The notes under the pieces are model-generated. The model saw only the letters and a program-made list of their open reading frames with translations, was not told the DNA's origin and searched no databases. From a bacterium (GTDB lineage: Bacteria > Patescibacteriota > UBA1384 > VFKW01): a stretch of 64,000 nucleotides of DNA. Every line of letters starts with the position of its first letter. Position 1 is the first letter of the stretch. The DNA lies in NCBI GenBank assembly GCA_030647355.1, contig JAUSIS010000004.1:68066-132065 (forward strand). The letters are read 5' to 3'. Below are positions 38,624 to 48,956 of this stretch, in pieces. Both the position numbers and the translations under genes were made by a program.

Positions 38624-40087
38624 TTATTTGATTATTTTTATAATACCATTATCGGCATCAACTTCTACTAAATCGCCGTCATGTAAAACTTGGGTAGCTA
38701 TTTTAGTTCCAATAATGCAGGGTTTCTTCATTTCCCGTGAAACGATAGCGGCGTGACAGAGAATTCCTCCTTCGTCCGTGATAAAAGCGGCGGCTTTCTC
38801 CAGGGCAGGAATAAAATTGGGGAAAGTCATAACCACCACAAGAATATCCCCATGTTTGACCTTTATTAAATCATCTCCATTATGAACTATTACTACCCTG
38901 CCCTTAGTCTGGCCTTGATACGCGACATTACCCTTAATCTCATTAATTTTGTCGGTATTTTCTTTTGAAAAAATCTCTTTGATTTTTCTTTGCCAAGTGG
39001 GGCCAGACATAATAATATATTTGTCTTCAAGTAGAACGTTCGCGAAAAAAGTCTTTCTATTAGTGAATTCCTCTTGTGTAATGGGTAAACGGCCGGTTTT
39101 AGCAGCTTCGGTAACTTCCGAATAAACCAGGTAGACGATATCATCCTCATGGATACCAATGCGTTTAGCGACCTCTTGTAATAAATGACGGGCCTGATGT
39201 TCGGAACGATAGATGATATCTGTGCGCCAAGTACGCAGATACGCATATTCCTGGGCAAGGTGAATCAAATTAAATAAAGTCGTTCTGGGTTTGAGGGACA
39301 ATTCTTTTAGTAGGGCTTGGGTTTCCACGGCCTTTTCTTTCTTTAGCTTGCCAAGGCGATTGAGTTCGTCGGCAGGATTCTTGCCTTGACGAAATAATTC
39401 TTCGATTCGAGCTTCGATATCTTGTTTCTTCCATTCCCTTTGCCACCAATAGCCACGAGTTCCAACCCAGGCAAATTGCTTAAGATGTTCTTCTAATAAG
39501 GAGGGGTACTTTTTCAAGTTATAAGAAGCAGCTAATTTGTAAAGCGATCTCTCTTCGTGTAAGTGATTATTTTCCTTTGTTGGGTAAGTTAGTACTGCAA
39601 GCCAAGATTGTTTTTGGGCATCGGCTGCAGAAGGTAAGAGATTAAGGATTATTTGGGATAGAGGTTTGGCTATGAGGGGCATTGGCGATAAAAAGCAGTA
39701 AGCACAAAGACACTCTTTGAAATAATTTTCCAGTATCTTAACTAATTTAGTTTGTTTCATTTTGGAAAAGTTTATTCTTTCTAAACTTGATCCGGTTTTG
39801 TCCAAAGTTTTGACATGGTGTAGTAGCTGGTTACGAAATTGGATAAGTAAGTCGACACCACGTTTTTCAAAAAGATTCCTTAGCGCTTCCATGTCTTCGG
39901 CTGAATGGTAAAAATTCCCATCACCAGTGCGGAGCGCATAATGAAAACGATAGTTTATGCCGCTAGCTTTGGGGAAGTAAGGATGAGAGCCATCGCTAAT
40001 CGACCAGTGGAGGGGAGCTTCCTTGCGATTAACAAGATACTGCCAGTTAATTTTTTTGATATCTGAAATAATTTGGTCATCCATCAA
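38624..40087 (-). CDS. PEP-utilizing mobile domain protein 3
   Basis: TDEGGILCHAAIVSREMKKPCIIGT. Confidence 0.9.
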   Translation of the reverse strand: MMDDQIISDIKKINWQYLVNRKEAPLHWSISDGSHPYFPKASGINYRFHYALRTGDGNFYHSAEDMEALRNLFEKRGVDLLIQFRNQLLHHVKTLDKTGSSLERINFSKMKQTKLVKILENYFKECLCAYCFLSPMPLIAKPLSQIILNLLPSAADAQKQSWLAVLTYPTKENNHLHEERSLYKLAASYNLKKYPSLLEEHLKQFAWVGTRGYWWQREWKKQDIEARIEELFRQGKNPADELNRLGKLKKEKAVETQALLKELSLKPRTTLFNLIHLAQEYAYLRTWRTDIIYRSEHQARHLLQEVAKRIGIHEDDIVYLVYSEVTEAAKTGRLPITQEEFTNRKTFFANVLLEDKYIIMSGPTWQRKIKEIFSKENTDKINEIKGNVAYQGQTKGRVVIVHNGDDLIKVKHGDILVVVMTFPNFIPALEKAAAFITDEGGILCHAAIVSREMKKPCIIGTKIATQVLHDGDLVEVDADNGIIKIIK

Positions 40088-41453
40088 TCCTCCTTACAAT
40101 ACCCTCATTCGCATCAACTTCCACTAAATCACCATCCTGTAAAATCTGGGTTGCGTATTTTGTTCCAACGATACAGGGGATTTTTAATTCTCTTGCAACT
40201 ATTGCCGCGTGGGAGGTAATACCTCCGACATCCGTTACAAAAGCGGCAGCTCTTTTCATCGCCGGAAGTAACTGTGGGCTAGTAGCACTAGAAACAAGTA
40301 TATCCCCTTCGTTTACTTTATCATTATGCTGAGGGCCAAAGACTAATTTAACTTTTCCTCTGACTATGCCCGGATGAGCCACTTGTCCTTTTAACGCTTC
40401 GTCTTTTAAGATTTCTTCTTTGGCAAAATGGGTATTAACGAATTCCAGGGCAACCTTACCTATCCTTACTTCATAAAGTTCACTATCTGTGGGAATATAC
40501 ACTGCACGCTCATATCGTTCCTCAATATTTTCTGGAAAAGTGATTTTACCGTTTATGATTTCAACAAGTTCATTTGAATAGAGTGCTTCAATGTACTTAG
40601 AATCTACTCCCCATTGTTTACCCAAGCTGTCTACTAATTTATTCATAACTACATAGAGAAACTGGCGGACATCGGCTCTTAACGCCTTCGTAAATATTAT
40701 ATCTTGGGAAATTACAAAGATAGTCTTCTCTTGATCAGATAGTGATAACTCCTTTTCTAACTCAACGGAAAAAATTTTATGTTCAGGTGGATTACTGTTT
40801 TTAATCTTTGCTGAATCATCGTTATTTAATCCTCTGCCAATATAACCTTGGCCCAACCAGAAGTATTCTCTTAACAGTTGATCATCGTCTTTATGTCCTT
40901 CTCTAATATCATCATAGGCTTGTTGAGTCAGGCTTTTTTCATAAGGCGTTCCCAAAACACTTGTGTAAATATGGACAGGATAACTTAAATTTTTCCTTTT
41001 CATTACTATTTCTAGCAACCGATCTGTAATTCCACCATAAAAGTCAGCAAAAGCGATGACTGCTCCATGTAAACCGCATTCTGCTTGAAGAAAATGGATT
41101 TTTTCTAAAGCTTGGGATATTTCATTGTTTTTCATAGACCCAGTAATCGGAAAAAGTTCGCGCGCGTAGGATTGCATATCATCGGTGATGGAAATGGTTT
41201 TTTCTTTTAACATTTTTAGTAGCGAGGGGTTGTTTATGATTGAATCGGCGCATCGATAAATGAAAGGGGCGGCACTTTCTTGTTCTATGCAATAATTAAT
41301 AGTCCTGCCGTTAATCACCTCTAAGTAAGAATCGGGTGCGAGAATGCCTATTTGGTCTTGCATTCTTTTATCGTTAATGCCAAACCACATCATTTCTAAC
41401 GATAAAAGAGAAGTATCGATATCTTGATTACCGCGAATATATTTTTTAGTCAT
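40077..41453 (-). CDS. PEP-utilizing mobile domain protein 4
   Basis: TDVGGITSHAAIVARELKIPCIVGT. Confidence 0.9.
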   Translation of the reverse strand: MTKKYIRGNQDIDTSLLSLEMMWFGINDKRMQDQIGILAPDSYLEVINGRTINYCIEQESAAPFIYRCADSIINNPSLLKMLKEKTISITDDMQSYARELFPITGSMKNNEISQALEKIHFLQAECGLHGAVIAFADFYGGITDRLLEIVMKRKNLSYPVHIYTSVLGTPYEKSLTQQAYDDIREGHKDDDQLLREYFWLGQGYIGRGLNNDDSAKIKNSNPPEHKIFSVELEKELSLSDQEKTIFVISQDIIFTKALRADVRQFLYVVMNKLVDSLGKQWGVDSKYIEALYSNELVEIINGKITFPENIEERYERAVYIPTDSELYEVRIGKVALEFVNTHFAKEEILKDEALKGQVAHPGIVRGKVKLVFGPQHNDKVNEGDILVSSATSPQLLPAMKRAAAFVTDVGGITSHAAIVARELKIPCIVGTKYATQILQDGDLVEVDANEGIVRRIDG

Positions 41454-41714
41454 TTAACCTCCAATATTTATTCGGATTTTTTCACGGATAATTCCCCATA
41501 ATCTAACCACGTCATCGGCTAAGTAATTCATTTGCACGTAGCCTTTGTCTGTAATGAAAGTAAATTCATTATAGCTGAAGCCTAGTTTCTCTTTTATCCT
41601 AAAACCACTCGAGGCACAAGCGCATATATATATTGAAACTCCACTACCAGCTTGGGTATACCACTTCTTTTTGGCAAGTTTTTTAAAAAATTCTAAATTG
41701 TTGTTTTGACTCAT
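41454..41714 (-). pseudogene. Probable N-terminal remnant of a fifth mobile-domain paralog
   Basis: First ORF of the operon, 86 aa, N-terminus styled like its neighbours; frame runs through the next gene's RBS (GGAGG) and stops at its ATG. Confidence 0.45.
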
Positions 41715-41823
41715 TTATTTCCCTGTTTTGCGCCTTAATTATAGTCCAAAATTAACCTTATTACAAGGCAAAAAGCACTGAACCGCTAATTTAGAGAATA
41801 AGTTAGCGCAAGCAGATAAAATA

Positions 41824-42432
41824 TTATATACCCGATTGAGTGTCCACCATGGGATTTTCTTTCATTTTCTGTAAAATCGCCGTTTTTAACAGCTCAGCAT
41901 GTTCCTTTTTTAAACCTGGAATAATGACCTTGTTTCCGCTAAAGCCGATGCCGCCAGAGCGTTGTTGCTGTTTGACTTGCTGTGCACCTAATTTTCCTCC
42001 ACCTTGAGCATTCTCAATCACGAGGCAAGATAAGTTGAAGATTCTATCTAAAAGTCCTTGCTTGACGAAAGTATTCTGGATCACTCCATATAGTATATGC
42101 CTTTCCTGCTTGGAAATAATGCCTTGCTTCAGTACGAAATACTGAGGTTCGAGCTTATAGGTAAAATATTTTCTGCGAAGTATCAGGCCGATTAAACTTG
42201 ATGGCCAGACAATAATCGCTAAGATTATCCCGAAAATATCACTAGCGTAAGCTACTACCCAAAGAAGCATCAGCAGGAAGATCACAATGAAATTCTCCCA
42301 TATCCAGCCTCTTTGGATTGGATATACAGTCTGGTCAATTTGATCTGCCAGTTGTCCAGTGGGTATCTGAGAAGAAGGGTTAACGGGTTCTACTGATGGC
42401 ATATTTTGCGCAATATTTTGTGGCTGATCCAT
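41824..42432 (-). CDS. Membrane protein with bacterial PH domain (bPH_2/YdbS-like)
   Basis: Two TMs, KQGIISKQERHILYGVIQN...QGLLDRIF. Confidence 0.8.
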   Translation of the reverse strand: MDQPQNIAQNMPSVEPVNPSSQIPTGQLADQIDQTVYPIQRGWIWENFIVIFLLMLLWVVAYASDIFGIILAIIVWPSSLIGLILRRKYFTYKLEPQYFVLKQGIISKQERHILYGVIQNTFVKQGLLDRIFNLSCLVIENAQGGGKLGAQQVKQQQRSGGIGFSGNKVIIPGLKKEHAELLKTAILQKMKENPMVDTQSGI

Positions 42433-43016
42433 TATTGCCCCCCAGTTGATTTATTTGGCTCACCTACCGGAATTGCGGGGGCCTGCGTGTGAGCTCTTTG
42501 CCTATTAATTTTTTCACTAACCGTGTTGAGAAGTAGAGTTCTCAGACCTTCGGCCGCTTCCTTTTCCAAACCATCAATATGCGCTTGCATGCCGGAAGAC
42601 ACCGTGGCGCTTGACAGATGCACATCGTAAAGGCCGAATATCCTATCTAGGATATCTTGATCCATATAGACATCCTGAACCCTTTCGTAAGGGATAGTGA
42701 TTTCCCTTGGGGTAATTGGGCCTTTTTTGATGATTATATAATCGGGACTTAGCTCATAGTAGTAAGTAGCAAAATACCAGCGTTGATACAAATAGTTGGG
42801 TAGTATGCTTATGATTGCTAAAACGATGAAACTGATAATTGAAATAGTTATAATAGTTGAGACATTAGAACCATCCCCAGCGGCAATTGCAATAATAACC
42901 CCGGCCACAATAAATAGTACGATTAAGCAACCGCATGAGCCAGCAATAGCTTTTTTTGTTATCTTTTTGAAACTGAGCGGATATTTTTCCCTTGTGGGAC
43001 TCATATTTAATTGCAT
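42432..43016 (-). CDS. Membrane protein with bacterial PH domain (bPH_2/YdbS-like)
   Basis: Two TMs, KGPITPREITIPYERVQD...DRIFGL...HIDGL. Confidence 0.85.
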   Translation of the reverse strand: MQLNMSPTREKYPLSFKKITKKAIAGSCGCLIVLFIVAGVIIAIAAGDGSNVSTIITISIISFIVLAIISILPNYLYQRWYFATYYYELSPDYIIIKKGPITPREITIPYERVQDVYMDQDILDRIFGLYDVHLSSATVSSGMQAHIDGLEKEAAEGLRTLLLNTVSEKINRQRAHTQAPAIPVGEPNKSTGGQ

Positions 43017-43113
43017 AGATTACTCCCTTTGTTATTACAATCTAATAATCTCATATTTTCTCAATACTTTCAAACCAGGTTGTATTTTGAGTAGCTAGCA
43101 AGCCTTTGGCGTA

Positions 43114-46100
43114 TTACTTAATAGTGATAGTATTTTCGCCAGAGATTGTCAGATCGGCAGTGTTTTTACCAGACATTAAAGTTGCCGCCTCTGCCTTAAA
43201 AGTGCCTTTGCTTACTACACGCGCCTTGTAGTTAATGGTTTTCTGGGATTTATCATTAAACAACATAAACTTAACTTCCTGTCCATCAACTTGGAATGGT
43301 CTAGCTATACCTTCTTTAGTATACATTTCCAACCCGGTAAATAATTTCAATCCAGATGGAAGATAATCTTCTATTATATAGATTGAATCATTTTTGTTGG
43401 GTACGGTAGCGGATAGTTGTATCTCTATTACATCTCCCTCGTTAAAAGTGGAAGCCGGCGAACCATTTTTAAGATACTTTCGGGTAAGGGTTAGCTTTTT
43501 ATTTAACTGAGCGCTTGATGGTTTTTGATAAATTGAATAGGTGCTGATTAGGCCAATATTACCTTTTATGTTACTGAACTTTATTTGTTTTACTTGCTGG
43601 GATGTTAAGGATAAGCTGGAGCTTTTCCCAGGATCGAGAATTGTAGTTGTTACTTTACCATTCAATTCGTAGCCGTAACTCGCCTGCTCGGCTGGTTTGC
43701 TGGAAAGTGCTCTTGCTATTAAAGCTTTTTCCATAACCAGAAGGTCATCAGTCAAATTGTAACTTCGAATAAATCGACGAAGGCTGGGTGCTTCGGCGGT
43801 ATTTAATTCAGTAGCGACTATCGCACTATCGGCTGATAATTTAATCTGTTTATTTTCATTTTCTTCTTTAGCTTTAATAAATTTTCCTGACTGGACTAGG
43901 TTGGGAACAATTTTACTAGTATAAACTTCTCTGGCTCCCTCAAAATCGCCCAATTTTATTAAACCTAGGGCTGTATAATTCGCTTGGAGTAAAGTTAGAT
44001 CAATTTTTTTCATTGTTTGAAGTTTATCTAGGAAAGGTTGATCGAGAGAAGCCAATCCGTATAATGCCATAGCCCTTCGATCAGTATCAGTTTTAGCATC
44101 AGTCAAAGATTTAGTCAGATAATTAATAACCTTCACCCTGTCAACGTCAGCACCTAAATCAACCAGCTTGGCGGTTAGTTCAAGATTGTCACCGCCGTAC
44201 GGCAGGAGAGCAATACCGCCATTTTCCCGTTGGTAGTTGTTGATACTAGTAAAAGGTGAAATGTTATCTTGCTGAAAAGCACTCTTTAGCAAATCACTAG
44301 CAACGTTTCGAGTGACTATTTGATCGGAGCGTTCACCGGTTTGATAATAGAGTCCATTAAGATAATAGAGAGCCTCGCCTTTACCCTGATCAACAAACAC
44401 GAGTTTAGTTCTGCCGTTTGGATCTATATCGAACTCATTTAATTTATCTGTTAATTCGTAATAGTTTTGTTTGGTCACACTGTAATAACTTTTTACCACT
44501 TCTATTTTTTTGAGTAATCGGTCTACATTCTCACCATTTTGTGCTGTGACAATGATATTGTGTTTTCCAACGGGTAATTTCCCGAGCTTGATGTAGACAT
44601 TGCCATTTTGATCAGCACCGATGTTCTTTTCATTAACCTTAAGACTACCTGCGGTAGCGGAAAACTTGGTTTGGCTGTCGGTCGCGCCAAAGGCACGCAT
44701 TTTCAGGGTAACTTGGTCGCCTTCTAAATAAGTTTGATTCAAAGTTGCATCTACAATAAGCGGTTTTGTCACAGTAATCAGCGACTCGTCCTGTCCAGCA
44801 TATAAATCTTGGGAAACGGCATAGGCGGATGCCCTAAAAGATGTAATATTATCGGGTAATTTAAATTCGATATGGGCTTTTCCATTATTATCTGTTTCGA
44901 TGGTTCCCCAATATGCCAAATCAATAATTTCCGATCTAAGTTCATCTCCACCACCACCGCCTTTACCGCCGTCCTGGCTCAATAGACTTTTGTGAGAGGA
45001 ACGTGATGTGAAGTTTGCGTAAATGTATCGATAAATTGAATTCAATATGTCATCTTTATAATATTCTCTGGTAACAGAATTCAAGGCATCGTCGATTATT
45101 CCCAAATTTAGTTGGGCTTTTTTTCCTTGACCATTTGGATCTTTTACTTGGATATCCAGCTTAACAACTTCCCTAGGTTTATATTTCTCTTTATCACTTT
45201 TTACACTAATGGTCAGCTTCTTTTCGTTTTGATCAAATACCAAGTTAACGATATTTGATTGATAAAGGTATTGATTATCGAACCATACTCCGGCAACTGA
45301 TACATTTGGCACATCATTTTGGGTGAAAGTTCGGCTATATTGTGGCCGTGAAGACGCTTGGTAGCTTACTAAGCCATTTTGAGCCGAGAAGAATAAGTAG
45401 CTACTTTCTGCAGGTAAAACGCGCGAATTATGCTTTAATTTAAGCAGGGTTGATTCGCCGACTTTATATTTCTTGGAAGACCCTTCAATGCTATCTTCAG
45501 TGTCTTCAAGCTTGAGGAAATCGTCGGTGTAATTAGAGTTCAGACTCTGACGATAATATACTTGATCTTCAGTGACTCGTCCGGTTTTATCAGAGGTAGA
45601 TAGAATTATTTTATAGTTTTTGTTTTTATCAAGATCATTTAGATCGTATATGGCTCGGCCATCACTTTTTGTTGTTACTGAGAATTCTTTAATTTTGTGT
45701 TCAACTGTTGAATAATTATACCTTACTTCCATAAGTTTGGTAATTGGATTATAAACTTCCCCCCCTGGAGTTTTTACGTCTTCCTGCCAATAAATTGTTC
45801 CATTTATTTTTTGGTCAGGGACAGCGGAGCCTAAATAATTAGTTTTATCAAGGACGACGTTGTTAGCTTCAATTTTTAACTTATCTTTTTCTGCATCAGC
45901 TGTTAATAGGACGGAAGACTGGAAGACATATATATAGGTATAATCATTAATGTCACTTTCCTCAGCATTTACTGGTGAGACCTCTATAGAGTATAAATGG
46001 GGATAGTTTTCCTTATCTGTATAAACGGGTTTTAAAGCAAAATTAGCTTCTCCGTTGGAATTTGTTTTGGCCACACCGGTAAGGTCGGAGGTGCCGTAGC

Positions 46101-47928
46101 TACCGCTACCACGATATTTAATGTCTGTGTTGGGAACGGGTGTCCCGTCAAATAGCTCGGCTTTTACTGTAAAATTAACCACATCGCCAGAATAGATTGC
46201 TTCTTTATTAGGGGTTGTTTTTAGTTTATAGGCCGGTTTTACATAGGTCGCTACGCTTATCACAGATGTAGCGATGCACTTGTCTGAGACGCAAAGATTT
46301 AGGTAATAATTTCCTGGAGCGAGATCTTGAAATTCAAGTGAGTCGCCAAAGGTCCCATAATTGCTAATCTGAAGGTTTTTTTGGTAAAATGGACGTTCGG
46401 TATTATAGCTACCAAGTTCCATCTTGACATTTGTAACCGGAATACCAGTTCTATCTTTCAATACCCCCCAGAAGTTAACCTTGTCAGTTTTTTTATAGAT
46501 TGGGCGATCTACCGCAATAAAGGAATTGTATTTATATGAATTATTAACTCTGCTATAGCCGACAATTTTTTCCGAAGGGATTAATAAAGGTACAGTTTCG
46601 CCAGTATCGGCACACAGAAATGTATAACCCGACTGGCCGCTCACTTCCAATTCAGCTTTTATTTTGTTGGGGGTTTCAAATAATAAAATGCCCTTTTCAT
46701 CAGTTTTACCGATTTGATCACCGCCCAGTAGACTAAAAGTCTTGCCGGTCAGGGGTTTTTTGGTTGATAAATCATTCAACCAAACTAAACTTTTTGTCGG
46801 ACTAAGACTTAAGAAGCTAATCGTTTTGGTGGATTGAAGCACGGCGCCGCTTATCGAATTGCCTAATTGGCCAATAAGTAAGTAGTACGCGTTAGGTAAT
46901 GGATTTGTTAATTCAATATACTCACTTGATCCCTTGCTGATAACAGGGAGAGATAATTCAGATAGTTTATTGGAATTATATTTGGCTAATTTCGTTGAAT
47001 CAACAGAAACATAATAACTCCAAGACCGTTTGCCTATTAGATCATTGTAGGCTTCGGAGAATTTAATGGGGTCGGTAAATTTATAGAGAGATAGTTTTAC
47101 TGTTTTGCCCACCGATGACTCAGCTGATACTTCCAGGAGGGGTTTTTCAGTCAGATTCACCTCATAGAAATCCTGGTTAAAATTAAAATCTCGCCTAGTC
47201 TCTTCGAGCGGTTCGGTAAAGAACTCTGTCGAATAGTCTTCCATTAATTCTTCATTGGTTTCTTTAACTTTCAGACCTTTTAATAATGAAACCTTATAGA
47301 TCTTCGAATTTTCCATTTGAGATTGTTGGGGTTTGACTATTATCGACTTCCCATTTTCTTCTACTGCAAAATTAATGGGGGGTTCAAATTTTATAAATTT
47401 CGATGGATTATCAAATCCTTCTCTATTGGTTGTAAATTCTATAACCGTATTCTTCTTTACATAAGTCGCCTTTTCGGCTGGAATTGAGGAAATTACTTGA
47501 AATGGAGCTCGGACTTGATAGGCCCATGAATAGTCGCGATCCAACCCATCATTTCCTTTTAGGGAAAACTTATACACTTCATTTTCGTCTAGAGGTTCGG
47601 AAAATTTGATAAGAACTTCGTTGGAAGCCCTTTTACTTATTTCATAATCAATTGGTGGTTCAATATTTAAGTTTTTTCTTATACTGTTAATATTGATGGA
47701 TGTCTGGGAGGCGAGCAATATTTCACTATCCTTTTCCATACCAAAAGTGTTTGTTTTTAATGGTTTTAACGAAAGATTGGCAATAACAGTCTTGGTGAAT
47801 AGAGGTGTTGATCCGGGCGAACGATTAAGTAGACCGTATCCTGCATAAATTAGAGAAATTCCTAGGATTATCGCCAAGCCAATATAGTATCGCTTATGAT
47901 CAAGAATAAAGTTGAGTTTTTTAAACAT
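43114..47928 (-). CDS. Alpha-2-macroglobulin family protein with N-terminal Ig-like domains
   Basis: DRPIYK (MG2), YVKPAY, KYKPRE, LPDNITSFR, EDYLPSGL, ARVVSKGTF. Confidence 0.88.
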   Translation of the reverse strand: MFKKLNFILDHKRYYIGLAIILGISLIYAGYGLLNRSPGSTPLFTKTVIANLSLKPLKTNTFGMEKDSEILLASQTSININSIRKNLNIEPPIDYEISKRASNEVLIKFSEPLDENEVYKFSLKGNDGLDRDYSWAYQVRAPFQVISSIPAEKATYVKKNTVIEFTTNREGFDNPSKFIKFEPPINFAVEENGKSIIVKPQQSQMENSKIYKVSLLKGLKVKETNEELMEDYSTEFFTEPLEETRRDFNFNQDFYEVNLTEKPLLEVSAESSVGKTVKLSLYKFTDPIKFSEAYNDLIGKRSWSYYVSVDSTKLAKYNSNKLSELSLPVISKGSSEYIELTNPLPNAYYLLIGQLGNSISGAVLQSTKTISFLSLSPTKSLVWLNDLSTKKPLTGKTFSLLGGDQIGKTDEKGILLFETPNKIKAELEVSGQSGYTFLCADTGETVPLLIPSEKIVGYSRVNNSYKYNSFIAVDRPIYKKTDKVNFWGVLKDRTGIPVTNVKMELGSYNTERPFYQKNLQISNYGTFGDSLEFQDLAPGNYYLNLCVSDKCIATSVISVATYVKPAYKLKTTPNKEAIYSGDVVNFTVKAELFDGTPVPNTDIKYRGSGSYGTSDLTGVAKTNSNGEANFALKPVYTDKENYPHLYSIEVSPVNAEESDINDYTYIYVFQSSVLLTADAEKDKLKIEANNVVLDKTNYLGSAVPDQKINGTIYWQEDVKTPGGEVYNPITKLMEVRYNYSTVEHKIKEFSVTTKSDGRAIYDLNDLDKNKNYKIILSTSDKTGRVTEDQVYYRQSLNSNYTDDFLKLEDTEDSIEGSSKKYKVGESTLLKLKHNSRVLPAESSYLFFSAQNGLVSYQASSRPQYSRTFTQNDVPNVSVAGVWFDNQYLYQSNIVNLVFDQNEKKLTISVKSDKEKYKPREVVKLDIQVKDPNGQGKKAQLNLGIIDDALNSVTREYYKDDILNSIYRYIYANFTSRSSHKSLLSQDGGKGGGGGDELRSEIIDLAYWGTIETDNNGKAHIEFKLPDNITSFRASAYAVSQDLYAGQDESLITVTKPLIVDATLNQTYLEGDQVTLKMRAFGATDSQTKFSATAGSLKVNEKNIGADQNGNVYIKLGKLPVGKHNIIVTAQNGENVDRLLKKIEVVKSYYSVTKQNYYELTDKLNEFDIDPNGRTKLVFVDQGKGEALYYLNGLYYQTGERSDQIVTRNVASDLLKSAFQQDNISPFTSINNYQRENGGIALLPYGGDNLELTAKLVDLGADVDRVKVINYLTKSLTDAKTDTDRRAMALYGLASLDQPFLDKLQTMKKIDLTLLQANYTALGLIKLGDFEGAREVYTSKIVPNLVQSGKFIKAKEENENKQIKLSADSAIVATELNTAEAPSLRRFIRSYNLTDDLLVMEKALIARALSSKPAEQASYGYELNGKVTTTILDPGKSSSLSLTSQQVKQIKFSNIKGNIGLISTYSIYQKPSSAQLNKKLTLTRKYLKNGSPASTFNEGDVIEIQLSATVPNKNDSIYIIEDYLPSGLKLFTGLEMYTKEGIARPFQVDGQEVKFMLFNDKSQKTINYKARVVSKGTFKAEAATLMSGKNTADLTISGENTITIK

Positions 47929-47988
47929 AACCCCTCCCCTTTAATGATAGTATAAAATCAATTACAAAGCTATTGTTTGAGTTTTAAA

Positions 47989-48074
47989 TGGTGCTCGGGA
48001 GAGGACTTGAACCTCCATGGGTTTTACCCCACTAGCTCCTAAGGCTAGCGCGTCTACCATTTCGCCACCCGAGC
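47989..48074 (-). tRNA. tRNA-Leu(TAG), CCA encoded
   Basis: GCTCGGG/CCCGAGC-ACCA, CTAGC-CT TAG GA-GCTAG, long variable arm. Confidence 0.95.
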
Positions 48075-48144
48075 ATAATAAAACATTTTACAATATTTTG
48101 GGGCTTTTGTAAACTCCAATTTCCCTTTTGCTGCTGTTAATATT

Positions 48145-48243
48145 CTACTTTTTAGTAACCTGGACTAAAGCAAAAAGTAAAAAACCAGCGCCAAATCCGA
48201 TAAAAATGCCTGCAGGAATGTTATCGAAAAGAAATCCATTCAT
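48145..48243 (-). CDS. Possible 32-aa membrane peptide or gene fragment (MNGFLFDNIPAGIFIGFGAGFLLFALVQVTKK)
   Basis: Manual translation; Gly-rich TM; no clear RBS. Confidence 0.3.
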   Translation of the reverse strand: MNGFLFDNIPAGIFIGFGAGFLLFALVQVTKK

Positions 48244-48565
48244 TATGCTTAAAGCTTCTCTCTATTTTACCATATTTTTCTCATTTTTTTGTATACAAGA
48301 AGGGCGATGGATAAATTGGAGGAGAAATAGCACTAACTCCTGATGATATCGAAGGATAATGAACTTATTGGTATCAAATGCCGGATAACCTCAGGGGAAA
48401 TGTATGTAAAGGAGAAAAACAAGGTTTTAGGTGCAAAATTTTTAGTAAGCACGACGCGGGGGTTGTTAATTTGTGGTTGGTTTCTGGAAATTGCATTGCA
48501 TAATTTTTTATTTCATTTATAATATAATTGTAAGTCGAATAAATTAATTAATTAGGAGCTCACAA

Positions 48566-48826
48566 ATGGACGAAAAAAGAATATATGTCGGCAACATTCC
48601 ATACGATTACGACGATAATAAGTTGAAAGATCTCTTTGCGGAATATGGGGAAGTAACCGAGGTAAGGGTTATTATAGACAAAGCTTCCGGCCGGTCGAAA
48701 GGGTTTGGATTTGTGGCAATGCAAGATAAAGAGATGGCTGATAAAGCAGTAAAAGAATTAAATGGCAAGGAAATTGACGGGCGAGCAATAGTAGTGAATA
48801 TTGCCCGACCAATGACGCCACGTTAA
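48566..48826 (+). CDS. RRM-domain RNA-binding protein
   Basis: RNP2 IYVGNI, RNP1 KGFGFV; RBS aggag. Confidence 0.93.
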   Translation: MDEKRIYVGNIPYDYDDNKLKDLFAEYGEVTEVRVIIDKASGRSKGFGFVAMQDKEMADKAVKELNGKEIDGRAIVVNIARPMTPR

Positions 48827-48851
48827 ATAATCTGATTCAAAAAGATAAAAG

Positions 48852-48883
48852 CTAAATAGGCATTCTGGTGAATGCCTATTTAG
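48852..48883. terminator. Inverted repeat terminator between convergent genes
   Basis: ctaaataggcattc-tggt-gaatgcctatttag. Confidence 0.75.
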
Positions 48884-48956
48884 GTACTGAGAAATATTTG
48901 AGCACTGGTTTATGGTTTACGGTTAATCTCGAGTTGAAGGGGTTTGAAAAGTGTGA

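Noticed and set aside
41750-41810. TTAACCTTAT...GCACTGAACCG as another att-like scar
   Set aside because: Spacing differs, there is no tRNA-like CCA end, and it is better explained by a promoter and the cgctaa/ttagcg hairpin.
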